Part shown: in pieces, positions 1-9,640 of the stretch
How positions within the stretch are numbered: the stretch's first letter is position 1
Layout of the letters: each line of letters starts with the position of its first letter
DNA from: an uncultured archaeon
Lineage (GTDB): Archaea; Thermoproteota; Bathyarchaeia; Bathyarchaeales; Bathycorpusculaceae
NCBI GenBank assembly: GCA_963782915.1
Contig: CAWALK010000018.1
Span: 203,470-267,469 of the forward strand
Direction of reading: 5' to 3'
DNA: 64,000 nt
Made by a program: the position numbers and the translations under genes
The notes under the pieces: model-generated
What the model was told of the DNA's origin: nothing
Databases searched by the model: none
The model's input: only the letters and a program-made list of their open reading frames with translations

Positions 1-56
1 GTTGACGAATGATATTATTCGGGAAATCGTAAAATAATAAAAAGATGCTCACGAGT

Positions 57-260
57 TCAAAACTTTTTGTTGCATTTAGTAATCGCTGACCCTATCAGCA
101 CCCCCAACGCTACCGCTACCGAAGCTATGGCGAAGGTTTCATGATGCAAATCGCCTATTTGGAACCATAACCCAAACGTAACTTTCTGTTGGAACAAAAT
201 CAGAAACGCAATAACAACAAAAACCGCGGCAATTAGCACCGCTACCCAACGATTACTCAA
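57..260 (-). CDS. small two-TM membrane protein, hypothetical
   Basis: 67-aa ORF with two hydrophobic stretches; GGTG RBS before the TTG start. Confidence 0.6.
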   Translation of the reverse strand: MSNRWVAVLIAAVFVVIAFLILFQQKVTFGLWFQIGDLHHETFAIASVAVALGVLIGSAITKCNKKF

Positions 261-403
261 AAAAGCACCACTAAATAGGTATCCAATGGAGGGTTTAAAT
301 TTACTTACAACTTGGCGCTACCTGTTCTCTGCGAGAACGGTTTTGTTCCGTAGGGAGCATTATATCAAGCCTTCACTGCATAGTTGAGCGGTGAAAAACC
401 GAA

Positions 404-1174
404 ATGCAAATCGAAAAAAAACTAATCCTATGCAGCATCCTAGCCATATCAATCGGAATCGCAACAATAGCACCCTTAACATACCTAATGAACACGGAGG
501 GAGCGTCGGCTTTGCCAGATGTTGAGCCCTGGTTCAACGTGAACGTACCATACGCCTACTGTGACCCCTACCAAAGCGGCGGAAACGGAACAACCGCCTG
601 GGACGGAGCCGCAATTAATGCAGTCGCAAACTTTAGCTTAACACCTGGCGCTATGGAGTCAGATGTAGATGCACAGATTGAATACTACAAGTTCGCTGTT
701 TCTTCTGAGCAGGGACCAATTGTTGACATGGGCTATTATATCGCTGAAAGCAACAAAATTGTCGATGTAATGATGTCAAGCGGCGGGTTAAACGACACAA
801 TCACCTTCGCAAACGGCTTAACCTACAGCCCACCAGCAATTAGCGGCTCCCAAGCCGCAAGTTGGTCGGGCCAAGTCATAGGTTGGACGGGAGATAAACC
901 CATCAGCAGCGTATATGGAGCACCATACTATATCATGTCGACATACAACGGTGAATTACCCCAAGCAGCCACTCAACTCAGAAACGCACAGACACTAAGC
1001 ATCGATGTTAGCAAAGTCAGCACTGTCACAGTCAAAGGAAACGTCGTCGTCACCACACCAGCAGAACCCACAATCCTACAGCACATAGAGCTAACAAAAA
1101 CCGACAACGGATTCGTCTACGGAACAAATACTGAGTGCCCATCACCTTATAACTTCACTAAACCGCAGCCATAA
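404..1174 (+). CDS. secreted/membrane-anchored hypothetical protein
   Basis: N-terminal KK + hydrophobic helix, then a S/T/G/N-rich extracellular-type domain; GGTGA RBS. Confidence 0.75.
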   Translation: MQIEKKLILCSILAISIGIATIAPLTYLMNTEGASALPDVEPWFNVNVPYAYCDPYQSGGNGTTAWDGAAINAVANFSLTPGAMESDVDAQIEYYKFAVSSEQGPIVDMGYYIAESNKIVDVMMSSGGLNDTITFANGLTYSPPAISGSQAASWSGQVIGWTGDKPISSVYGAPYYIMSTYNGELPQAATQLRNAQTLSIDVSKVSTVTVKGNVVVTTPAEPTILQHIELTKTDNGFVYGTNTECPSPYNFTKPQP

Positions 1175-1188
1175 CAACCGTAGGAACC

Positions 1189-1665
1189 GTGAACGCTTTG
1201 ACTAATGAGGAACTCGAAGGCAACACATTAACAGTCTACGCATACATTGTCCACGAAGCCAAACCAGTGGGAACAAGAGACGTCACCAGAGGCGCAGAAC
1301 TTAGCAGCACCAGCGTCGCACACCGCCATCTGCAAAAACTGGAAGCATTAGGGTTAATTGAGAAAAACAGCTACGGCGATTTTATCCTAAAGGAAAAAGC
1401 AAGCATCAACGGGCACGTGTGGGTCGGCAAAAACCTTGTGCCGCGGTTGATGTTTTACTCCTTCTTTTTTTTGGGCGCATTCGCCGCAGAAGTAAGTATA
1501 GTATTGCTCAGTTTGGTAATTAAGGATTTAGTGATTCAAGTTAGCTTTTTGTTCTTGACGGGGATGACTGCGGTTACTATGGTATTGTTTTTAGTCGAGG
1601 GCATATTGTTGTACCGAAAAGTCAGCCCAAAACATATGTCTAAAGGTGAGGTTGTTGGGGAATAG
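1189..1665 (+). CDS. winged-helix transcription regulator with two C-terminal TM helices
   Basis: GTRDVTRGAELSSTSVAHRHLQKLEALGLIEK wHTH pattern, then two hydrophobic segments. Confidence 0.75.
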   Translation: MNALTNEELEGNTLTVYAYIVHEAKPVGTRDVTRGAELSSTSVAHRHLQKLEALGLIEKNSYGDFILKEKASINGHVWVGKNLVPRLMFYSFFFLGAFAAEVSIVLLSLVIKDLVIQVSFLFLTGMTAVTMVLFLVEGILLYRKVSPKHMSKGEVVGE

Positions 1666-1896
1666 GGAGGTTCTTGCAGCCTTAGAGTTGATCCTCAGCG
1701 CAGAGACTGATTACGGGTTCTCTGTTGACTATGACGCGGAAGCTAACCCGATTATTGTGGTTGCGCCGAAAATAAAAGTTAACCAGGCAACCAGCAATCC
1801 ATTGATAGGCACTTAGGCTGTGGTCAGCGCTAAATCGTTTTTTTAAAGATTGCGCTTACCAAGAGAAGCAAAAAGAATAGCTGTTTACGGAGTTTT

Positions 1897-1983
1897 CTAT
1901 ATTTAGGGGAGGGGGTAGGTCGGCAGAGCAACAAAAGCTGAACCTATGTTACTTTATAAAAGGGAGGGGGAGGTCACTTTGAG
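1897..1983 (+). repeat. dispersed G-rich intergenic repeat, copy A
   Basis: Aligns with 16374..16458: TATA..AGGGAGGGGGT..GGCAGAGCAACA..CCTAT..TTTA.A.AAGGGAGGGG.AGGT..TGAG. Confidence 0.7.
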
Positions 1984-2062
1984 CTATCGACAGGGCTTCC
2001 AACATAACGTTAATAGCAAATTTTTTAGGCATAAAACACCTTAGTGGGATTAGGCGATAAAT

Positions 2063-2704
2063 TTGACCGCTGATTTATTGCAGCAACTCAGCAACAAAGA
2101 AATCAGCAAAGCACAGCTTTTTGGGTTAGTTGCAGCTGATTTTGGTTTGCTGCCCATATTATTCGAGGGCACTCAATCAGTCAAAGCCACCATACGTTAT
2201 GGTTGCGGCAGTGTCCTGATGGATCTAAGCGCCAAACATCCAGACAAGTTGTATCCCTACATGGACAATTTTGTTGCGCTGCTCGACAGCAAGCATAGGA
2301 TTTTGACTTGGAATGCATTGGGAGCCATCGCCAACCTCACCGCAGCCGATGCGGACTGCAAATTTGATGCCTTATTCGAGCGGTATTATGGTTTTTTAGG
2401 CAGCGAATACATGGTTACAATAGCGAATGTAGTTGGGTTTTCAGCATCGATTATTCCCAACAAACCCTACTTAGCCAACAGAATACAGGCGGAACTGCTA
2501 AAAGTGCAGAATCTCCAGACAACACCGCACTTAACAGAAGAATGCAAACTCGTCATAGCACAACAAGCCATCGAAACCTTCAACACCCTAATCCAATACA
2601 CCCAAAACAAAGCCCCGCTAATCGAATTTGCGCAGAAACACCAAAATAGCCCAAGAAATGCACTAAGAAAGGAAGCATTAAAATTTATTAAAAAATGGCA
2701 ATAA
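2063..2704 (+). CDS. hypothetical helical (HEAT/ARM-like) protein
   Basis: 213-aa ORF with amphipathic helical repeat-like pattern. Confidence 0.65.
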   Translation: MTADLLQQLSNKEISKAQLFGLVAADFGLLPILFEGTQSVKATIRYGCGSVLMDLSAKHPDKLYPYMDNFVALLDSKHRILTWNALGAIANLTAADADCKFDALFERYYGFLGSEYMVTIANVVGFSASIIPNKPYLANRIQAELLKVQNLQTTPHLTEECKLVIAQQAIETFNTLIQYTQNKAPLIEFAQKHQNSPRNALRKEALKFIKKWQ

Positions 2705-2724
2705 ACGTGGGGTAGCCACGTTTT

Positions 2725-2964
2725 TTATTGCGCTAATTCAGCATCTGCGGAACCGCTGACTAACGCGGTTATCCTTATTTTCACGTGCTCGTTAAGTTTG
2801 GCGCCTTTAATGAATACAGGGAAACCCTTGATTTTTGCGACGCCTTCTCCGTTTGGAGCAACATCAAAAATATCCACTTCGAATTCTTCTCCAACATCCA
2901 TTGGATAAGCTACGCCTCTGCCTCTGTTTTTGGCGTTTCTAGGAGCTCTTTTTTTGGGACTTAA
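2725..2964 (-). CDS. single TRAM-domain RNA-binding (cold-shock-type) protein; absent from the ORF track
   Basis: Hand translation ...YPMDVGEEFEVDIFDVAPNGEGVAKIKGFPVFIKGAKLNEHVKIRITALVSGSADAELAQ*; first ATG at 2901, frame open to TTA at 2964 behind a GAGGATGA RBS. Confidence 0.85.
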   Translation of the reverse strand, partial: LSPKKRAPRNAKNRGRGVAYPMDVGEEFEVDIFDVAPNGEGVAKIKGFPVFIKGAKLNEHVKIRITALVSGSADAELAQ

Positions 2965-3035
2965 AGCATATCATCCTCGGTTGATTAATAATGATTAATT
3001 GTGTGGAATAAGGGTTTTGCTTTTTTGGATAGAAG

Positions 3036-3086
3036 TTGTTGGCTTGAGGTGATTTGAAATCCTGACCAACAGATTATAAGCTTGGC
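3036..3086 (-). repeat. degenerate copy of the tRNA-Ile2 3' part (att-like site)
   Basis: 42/51 nt identical to 3765..3815 by manual alignment. Confidence 0.8.
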
Positions 3087-3114
3087 TAAAGGTCGTTCCT
3101 ATAGCATTAGGATT

Positions 3115-3467
3115 CTATTTTGCCCGTGTGACTTTAATGCGGTCTTCTCTAACAGTTACAACCATATTATCCATAACTACTTTTGTTGATAACACTGTTG
3201 AATTCGTTTAGCTATCTGTTGGGGTGACTTAGGAACAAACATCAGCAGTATGATACCTTTAGTCTGGCGTTTCTCTTTAAAGACAAGTTGTGCAAAATCA
3301 TGGTCAAAAGTCACGAGAAATCTGCTCGCTGCATTAGCTTCTTCTAAAACAGCCCTATCCTTTAATCCCTGTAGCGTCTCAGAAATGGAGATAATATCTA
3401 CGCCTCGGCTTTTTAATAAATCAATAGCTTCTAAGGGGATGTTCTCGTCAGCGATTAGTTTAGTCAA
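3115..3467 (-). CDS. DUF5615 PIN-like toxin (one frameshift near 3195)
   Basis: LIADENIP, LKDRAVL and LVTFDHDF motifs; C-terminus VVTVREDRIKV continues in another frame. Confidence 0.8.
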
Positions 3468-3697
3468 GGAAGCGCATAGACCTTCTCTTCCTTCATAACC
3501 TCTGTAGCGTATTTGAGAACCGCTGTGATGTCCTGCTGCTTTAGCTGTGGATAATTCTTCAAAATTTTTGCGCAAGTCCAACCGTTTGCCAGCAACTCCA
3601 TGATAAATTCAACCGCTAATCTAGTTCCCTTAATGACTGGTTTGCCAGCTAAAATTTCTGGGTCGACGCTTATTCGGTTTCTCCACGCTTCAGCCAT
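3464..3697 (-). CDS. DUF433 antitoxin
   Basis: RISVDPEILAGKPVIKGTRLAVEFIMELLANG...YPQL signature; overlaps the toxin start. Confidence 0.9.
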   Translation of the reverse strand: MAEAWRNRISVDPEILAGKPVIKGTRLAVEFIMELLANGWTCAKILKNYPQLKQQDITAVLKYATEVMKEEKVYALP

Positions 3698-3764
3698 ACG
3701 GGCACCATGCAAATATTGAATTAAAGATAATATAAATTCGCTGGATAAGTCGGTTGAAATTGAA

Positions 3765-3841
3765 TGGTGGGCCCGAGGTGATTTGAACACCTGACCAACA
3801 GATTATGAGTCTGGCGCTCTACCTAACTGAGCTACGGGCCC
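3765..3841 (-). tRNA. tRNA-Ile2 (anticodon CAT, agmatidine type), encoded CCA
   Basis: Cloverleaf GGGCCCG TA GCTC..GAGC G CCAGA CTCATAA TCTGT..AGGTG TTCAAAT CACCT CGGGCCC ACCA; G1G2G3 acceptor typical of archaeal Ile2. Confidence 0.9.
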
Positions 3842-4113
3842 AAACCGCTGTACTCTTAATATTGCTGTTCCAAACAAGATTTAAACATTTTCTGCCTAAG
3901 AGCGAAGTAACCAAGCGATTCATATATTTGCCATCCAAACCGTCTCAAAAAAGATTCAGCCAGCATATCCAATTACGAGTTAGACATTCGCAGGTCATGC
4001 ACTCGAACCAAACTGTAGGAACCTAAAAACGGGTTGTTGATGTGCATAAGGACTTTTCTGCAACAACAACTATACTGGAAAACAGACATTAAACCAACAA
4101 AACAAAAAGAAAG

Positions 4114-4365
4114 CTATGGTTTGCCAAACCATTTCTCGTACCAAGCAACATACATGCTCAGGCACTCTTTCTGGTAGGACTCATCACTTTCTTCTTTTAG
4201 GCAACTGGCGAGTTCTAGGTTATGTGTGAGTTCATCTTTTGCTTCCTGCATCAACGTTTCAACGTCGTCGAGCATGTCGTTGCCTCCTGAGGCATAATCC
4301 TTTTTTGTTTGCTTCAAGAATATGCGTTTGTCGTTGATTAATTGGTTAATTTTGCCCTCACTCAT
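4114..4365 (-). CDS. hypothetical protein
   Basis: ATG at 4365 preceded by GGTG; 83-aa helical ORF. Confidence 0.55.
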   Translation of the reverse strand: MSEGKINQLINDKRIFLKQTKKDYASGGNDMLDDVETLMQEAKDELTHNLELASCLKEESDESYQKECLSMYVAWYEKWFGKP

Positions 4366-4402
4366 AGGATGCACCAGTAAGCAAATGCTTGGCGACGGCA
4401 TT

Positions 4403-5264
4403 TTAACGTTGTGTTCGCTCGTAATGGTAGAGGTATTCTTGTGCGTAGCCGGCGTAGCATCCAAAGTAGGTTCGGGCGAAGTCACCGATTTTTATGTACT
4501 CGCCATTAGTTAAGGAGTCATGGCTTTGCATCTTCTTCACCAGAGCCTCGGGAAATTGGCTGCTGTAATGGTTCAATATAACACGTTTAACCCAGACATC
4601 CACTGGAAAAGCCTCGGATTTCTCCAGCGAAAACAGCATTACACAATCAGCCACTTTTAAACCGACCCCGGAAAACTCCAGGAGCTTTTTTCTTGCTTCC
4701 AAATAAGGCATTGTTTTCAAAGCTTCAAGGTCAATTTGTTCCTCATGAATCTTTTTTGCTGTTGCCAGTAAATACTTTGCGCGGTAACCCAATCCGCATT
4801 CACGCAAACCATTCTCACTTGCACAAGCCAACCGCTCAACAGACGGTAAAGTATAGAAGTCTATACCGTCAACAACTTTCTTTTCGCCGTATTTTGCGGA
4901 GATTTTGCGCAGCATGACTTCGATGGCGGCGATGCTCTTGTAGGTGGCGCAGATGAAGCTGATTAGGCATTCCCATGGAACTTGGCGTACAATGCGTAAG
5001 CCTTCGAACCTTTGAAGTGCTATTCGGATGTAATCGTCTTTGGCGATGCAGTTGCTGATTTGGGCTAAATCGTCGTTTAAGCCGAAATATTGCCGCACAA
5101 AAGCTTCGCTCTCACCCCAAAACTCAAGTTCAGATCGCAGTCTGACGGATTTTGATGATGTTTTCGCCGACAACCCCATACCACCAACCATCCACCTTTT
5201 TCCAGCGAAACACCTGCCCACAACAGAGCGAAAAATCCAAGTCAAACGCAACATCAAGCCGCAT
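4403..5264 (-). CDS. ogg1: 8-oxoguanine DNA glycosylase OGG1/AlkA family (frameshift near 5135)
   Basis: N-terminal SLCCGQVFRW in another frame; PWECLISFIC, GLGYRAKY and HhH-GPD GVGLKVADCVMLF..FPVDVW. Confidence 0.9.
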
Positions 5265-5269
5265 ACACT

Positions 5270-7387
5270 CTACTCCATGAACTTTTCAGCCTTCGGCACT
5301 TCCAAGGCAAGGCCTTTGCGTTTGCGCATACCACCAATAACTTCCATAGCAAGTTTCTGGGGCATCTTTTCCCAATGATCAAAGAATGACTGCCAAACTG
5401 CCCTGCCTGAAGTCGTCGAACGCAGCTCCATCGAGAACCCAAAAGTTTCAGCGACCGGAATATAACCGGTAATTTGGGCTAAGAGCCCCTTCTGTTCAAA
5501 CAGTATAACTTTGCCACGTTTAGTGGTGAGAATGCGTGAGCATTCGCCGGAGAGTTCTGAGGCTACGGTTATTATGATTTTGTAGATGGGTTCTTGGAGT
5601 GTTGGGTTTGCGGTTAAGAAACTGGCGAATATTGCTTTACCGACTGCACGCATGATTTCGGAATCAGCTGTTGCGGTTGCACCGAGCTCCAAATCGATGA
5701 GGTTCACTTGAAGATGGCGCATTGGTTCACCGCATAATGGTCCGGCTTTGCAAGCGTATTCGAACCCAGCGATTATCGCCGCCAACACCTCTTCGGGTAA
5801 CTGCCCTGTTTTGTCGTTGTAATCCAATAGTACGTTGCGGTGTTCATCGATTGATAGAACGGTGCCTCGGTTTTCATCAGTTTGTGCGCCATGTTCCTGT
5901 TCGGGTTCAACCTGCATCCAAAAGCTACTCTGCTTATCGGGACTCTTCGCTAATGTAACCGCGCCGTCTTTTTGTGCGCTTTCCATATAAACAACCCGCG
6001 GCTCCGAAACCCCAAGTTTGGCTCCGCCCGCTTTTAATTCGTTGAGTGCGACTTCCAGATGCAATTCACCCATGCCGCTGAGCAGGTACTCGCCTGTTTC
6101 TTTATCGATGGTTGCTTTGAGGTTGGGGTCTTCTGAAGCAAGCTTCTGCAGTCCTTGCATAAGCGTTTCTATGTCTTGGGGATTTTTGGGTTCCACAGCC
6201 AACGTTACCACAGGTTCAGACACATAATTGATGCATTCGAAAGGCACCATACCGTCCTTATGGGAAAAATCAACAAGGGTTTCCCCAGCAGCAACAGTAC
6301 CACTCAAAGTTAACGTTGCCAAGTTGCCTGCTAAAGTTTCAGGCACCTCTTCACGCAGTGCCCCCATATCAACATAAACGGCTTTAACTTCGCATTCACC
6401 CAAAGTATCGACTAAATGCAGTTTATCGCCTTTCTTGATTTTGCCGGAAAAAAGCCGTCCAGTCGCAAAAGTATCACCGTTCTTGTCGGCGTGTACGTTA
6501 GTGACAAACAGCACTCCTGGTCCGTCGTCACTGCAGTTGGAGAGTGCTTCGCCGACTTTTGAGTCAACGTTTCCATCCCAGATACTGCCAATGCGGTAGC
6601 CTTGAGCTTGTCGCGGATTGGGAATGCTGCAAATTGCCATTTCAGTTATTGCAGTATAAACAGGCAGGGATTTCTTGAGGTTGGATGCAGTGCCGTCTTT
6701 GTGGGCTTTTATTATATCTGAGAATTTAATTCCCTGCTGCTTTGCCATGTTAAAGGTGAATCCCCAGCCGTAAAGGGCTGCTCCGAAAGCCACGTTACCC
6801 ATAGCGGGGCTGATTCGCCATTGGCTCTTGAATTGGGATTCAGCGTTGAGTTCTATTAAGTCGTTGAAGGTGCCGATTATGTGGTCAAGTTTCTTTTGGA
6901 TTTGTTCTTCGCTGAGTTGAAGTTCAGTGATTAATCGGTCTATTTTGTTAATGAAAAGTACTGGGCGCACGCGTTCTTGGAGTGCTTGGCGGGTGAGGAT
7001 TTCGGTTTGCGCCATAATCTCCTCCACCGCATCGACGACGACTACTGCGCCATCGATAACGCGCAATGCCCTTGTGACTTTGCCTGTAAAATCGACGTGC
7101 CCAGGTGTATCAACCAAGTTGATGATGTAGGGTTCAGCGGCGTAGTTGTAGAGTAATGTTATGTTGGCGGTTTTTATGGTGATTTTTCGTTTCTGCTCTT
7201 CCGCAAGGTAATCCAGCACCCGTGCCATGCCAGCCATCTGCGTGGAGAGCAACCCTGCCCCAGCCAAAAGCGAATCCGCCAATGTAGTTTTGCCATGGTC
7301 AATATGGGCGATTATCCCAATATTGCGAATGTGCTCTTTGTCGCCCATTAACTGCTGAATCTGTGGAATTTGTTTAAACCGCGGCAT
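5270..7387 (-). CDS. archaeal elongation factor 2 paralog (aEF-2p)
   Basis: AHIDHGKTT, DTPGH, NKID, GMGELHLEV and LRSTTSGRA motifs; the diphthamide HRG loop is absent. Confidence 0.9.
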   Translation of the reverse strand: MPRFKQIPQIQQLMGDKEHIRNIGIIAHIDHGKTTLADSLLAGAGLLSTQMAGMARVLDYLAEEQKRKITIKTANITLLYNYAAEPYIINLVDTPGHVDFTGKVTRALRVIDGAVVVVDAVEEIMAQTEILTRQALQERVRPVLFINKIDRLITELQLSEEQIQKKLDHIIGTFNDLIELNAESQFKSQWRISPAMGNVAFGAALYGWGFTFNMAKQQGIKFSDIIKAHKDGTASNLKKSLPVYTAITEMAICSIPNPRQAQGYRIGSIWDGNVDSKVGEALSNCSDDGPGVLFVTNVHADKNGDTFATGRLFSGKIKKGDKLHLVDTLGECEVKAVYVDMGALREEVPETLAGNLATLTLSGTVAAGETLVDFSHKDGMVPFECINYVSEPVVTLAVEPKNPQDIETLMQGLQKLASEDPNLKATIDKETGEYLLSGMGELHLEVALNELKAGGAKLGVSEPRVVYMESAQKDGAVTLAKSPDKQSSFWMQVEPEQEHGAQTDENRGTVLSIDEHRNVLLDYNDKTGQLPEEVLAAIIAGFEYACKAGPLCGEPMRHLQVNLIDLELGATATADSEIMRAVGKAIFASFLTANPTLQEPIYKIIITVASELSGECSRILTTKRGKVILFEQKGLLAQITGYIPVAETFGFSMELRSTTSGRAVWQSFFDHWEKMPQKLAMEVIGGMRKRKGLALEVPKAEKFME

Positions 7388-7450
7388 AACTTAACCCGTT
7401 AAGATAGGCATAGTTGGAATGGATGTGCCTATTAACTTTTTAACTTAAAT

Positions 7451-8154
7451 TCAGCGGGCGTTGCTTGGGTTCTCTGAAGCAACAGCGCCAATTAGTGCGG
7501 GTGGACGCAGTTTAGTGGCATGGTACTTTTGAACCAACGTAACCGTTTGAGACACATACGCTAACCCCGCAAAAACTACAGTTACAGCGAAAGGTGCATA
7601 CAGAGTAGACAGCATCAATCCATCAGCTAAACCGTTGCCCCCAATTACAACACCAGAAAAATAGGGCAAATATGCCAAATCAACCAATAACAAGGACACG
7701 GGAACGCATGCAAGGGCTAACATAAGCGATGATACGAAGACTTTTTCGTAAACCGCTGAAGGGTTTAGGGTAAACATTCACTACCGCGGCAATTATGCCC
7801 ACGGCTAGTGCAAAGGGCAGTGGATAACCTGATATTCCCTCGGGGGTTTGTCGGCAGAGCAAAAACGCTACTGATGATGGATGCAGAGAATGCGATTGCA
7901 GCTTTCTTTAGCGGATACCTCGCAGATTTAATGAATACAGCCATAAAGACCAGCGCCGCCGCAAGGGGAACAACAGCACCCAACAGGTCGATACCCAAAG
8001 AATCGGTAAGCAGTATGGGTGAGTAGCAAGGGTTTACTTCGAAGTTGTCTCTGAAGATGCCAACGGCGGATATTCCCCAAGCTGCCACCAAGATACCTAA
8101 CAGGGCAACTAGGATGCCTTTACAGTACAACTTGACATCTGCGCTAACGGGCAT
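7451..8154 (-). CDS. DUF1614-like membrane protein (frameshifted, three ORF pieces)
   Basis: GIDLLGAVVP and VIGGNGLADGL resemble DUF1614 motifs; pieces 7765..8154, 7680..7862 and 7451..7777 join into one protein. Confidence 0.6.
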
Positions 8155-8299
8155 GGCTCTTCACGTTTACTGATGTGAGAAGCTTGGAGGTTATAATTGG
8201 GTGCATACGTTATTTTTGGACACACGCCCATTAATGCCAAATTCTGGGGTCAGGGCGAAAAGGCTTTGTTCTTTCCCGTTACTGTTAGGTGCGAATGCT

Positions 8300-9061
8300 A
8301 TGCCCAAAACAGCCAATGTACCCACCGCTCAACTTGGCGAGGAACCGTATGCTTCGGTCGTGTGCTATCCAAGGGCAAACCCTGCTGAAATGCAGATTCG
8401 CATAGAAGAACTCCAAAAGCTCGGTGTGGAATCCATAGAGTTCTGTGGTAAAACCTCAGCTTTCCAATTGTCGGTTCTGGGCAAAGGCTATGTCGGCGTA
8501 GTCGTAGCGGCGCATGTAGGCTGCGAAACTTATGCGTTGAAGATGAAGAGGGTGGATGCGGACAGGGAAAGCTTGGAACGCGAAGCAGAACTCCTTACTA
8601 AAGCGAATAGTGTGGGTGTGGGGGCGAAATTTTTGGCTGTAACCAAACATTTTTTGCTGATGCAGCTCATCGACGGCGACTTGCTTGAGGTTTGGCTCCG
8701 AACCCACAAAACCAAAGAAGCCATCCGCAAGGTTTTAGCGGACATTTTGGAGCAGTGCTGGCGCCTAGACACAATCAGCTTAGACCATGGTGAACTCAGC
8801 AAAGCACCCAAACACCTCCTCCTCAACAGCTCGGACAAGCCATATATCGTTGATTTTGAAACCGCCAGCACGCAACGCAACGCCTCAAACGTCACCTCCG
8901 TTTGCCAGTACCTCTATCAAGGCAACAGCGATGTAGGCAAAGCAATCGCCCAAATCATAGGCGAAAGAAACAGAACTGAACTGGTTGCGGCTCTGAGGAA
9001 ATATAGGAAAGAGAGAAACCGTGGAAGCTTTGAGGAGTTACTAAAGCGCTGCCTTGAATAG
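8300..9061 (+). CDS. archaeal Ser/Thr protein kinase (RIO/COG2112-like)
   Basis: LGKGYVGVV, ALK, DHGELS and IVDFE motifs. Confidence 0.85.
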   Translation: MPKTANVPTAQLGEEPYASVVCYPRANPAEMQIRIEELQKLGVESIEFCGKTSAFQLSVLGKGYVGVVVAAHVGCETYALKMKRVDADRESLEREAELLTKANSVGVGAKFLAVTKHFLLMQLIDGDLLEVWLRTHKTKEAIRKVLADILEQCWRLDTISLDHGELSKAPKHLLLNSSDKPYIVDFETASTQRNASNVTSVCQYLYQGNSDVGKAIAQIIGERNRTELVAALRKYRKERNRGSFEELLKRCLE

Positions 9062-9101
9062 GTATTAGCTTAAATATTTAGAGCGCTCAAATTGGGTTTT
9101 T

Positions 9102-9410
9102 ATGAGCGCTGTAGCTTTCGACGGAAAGAAGGTTGTACTGAGACAGGAGCGTTGGCGACATATCATTTTAAGGCACCCTGAGCTGAAGAACGCCGCTGAA
9201 TCGATTCTAGAGGTGGTTGCCCATCCTGACGAAGTCTACGTTGACCCAACGGGGGCTTTTCATGCGTTAAAACATGTTACGGGTGTTTCAGATTTTCTAG
9301 TTGTCATCTACAGCGTCGAAGATGAAGGTTATATAAGAACCGCATACTATACGAGTACGATAAGGAAAACGAGGAGGTATAGGGCATTCAGAAAGTTAAA
9401 ACCATCTTAG
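9102..9410 (+). CDS. RelE/PBECR-like putative toxin
   Basis: ERWRHIILRHPEL...FLVVIY...GYIRTAY; paired with DUF2283. Confidence 0.7.
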   Translation: MSAVAFDGKKVVLRQERWRHIILRHPELKNAAESILEVVAHPDEVYVDPTGAFHALKHVTGVSDFLVVIYSVEDEGYIRTAYYTSTIRKTRRYRAFRKLKPS

Positions 9411-9427
9411 ACATTGATGTTCGAAGA

Positions 9428-9640
9428 GTGCTCGAGCAACTGGAAGCCAAGTATGGTTTAAAGTTACCTCGTACAGTAATTACCATAGACTACGACGAAG
9501 ATGTCGGCGACCTCTACATACGATTCAAAAACGCAGATACCACAGAAGGCGAGCCGACAAGCGATGGAAAAGCAATAGTTCATTATGATAAAAAGGGCAA
9601 AATCGCCGCGATAGAAATCACGGATTTAGCTGAGTTTTAA
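9428..9640 (+). CDS. DUF2283 antitoxin (may start upstream, at ATT 9386)
   Basis: IDYDEDVGDLYIRF...YDKKGKIAAIEI signature. Confidence 0.85.
   Translation: MLEQLEAKYGLKLPRTVITIDYDEDVGDLYIRFKNADTTEGEPTSDGKAIVHYDKKGKIAAIEITDLAEF

Noticed and set aside
3765-3841. tRNA-Met call for the CAT anticodon
   Set aside because: GGGCCCG acceptor and no A1-U72 or triple G-C anticodon stem fit Ile2 better than initiator Met; elongator Met is not fully excluded without a covariance model
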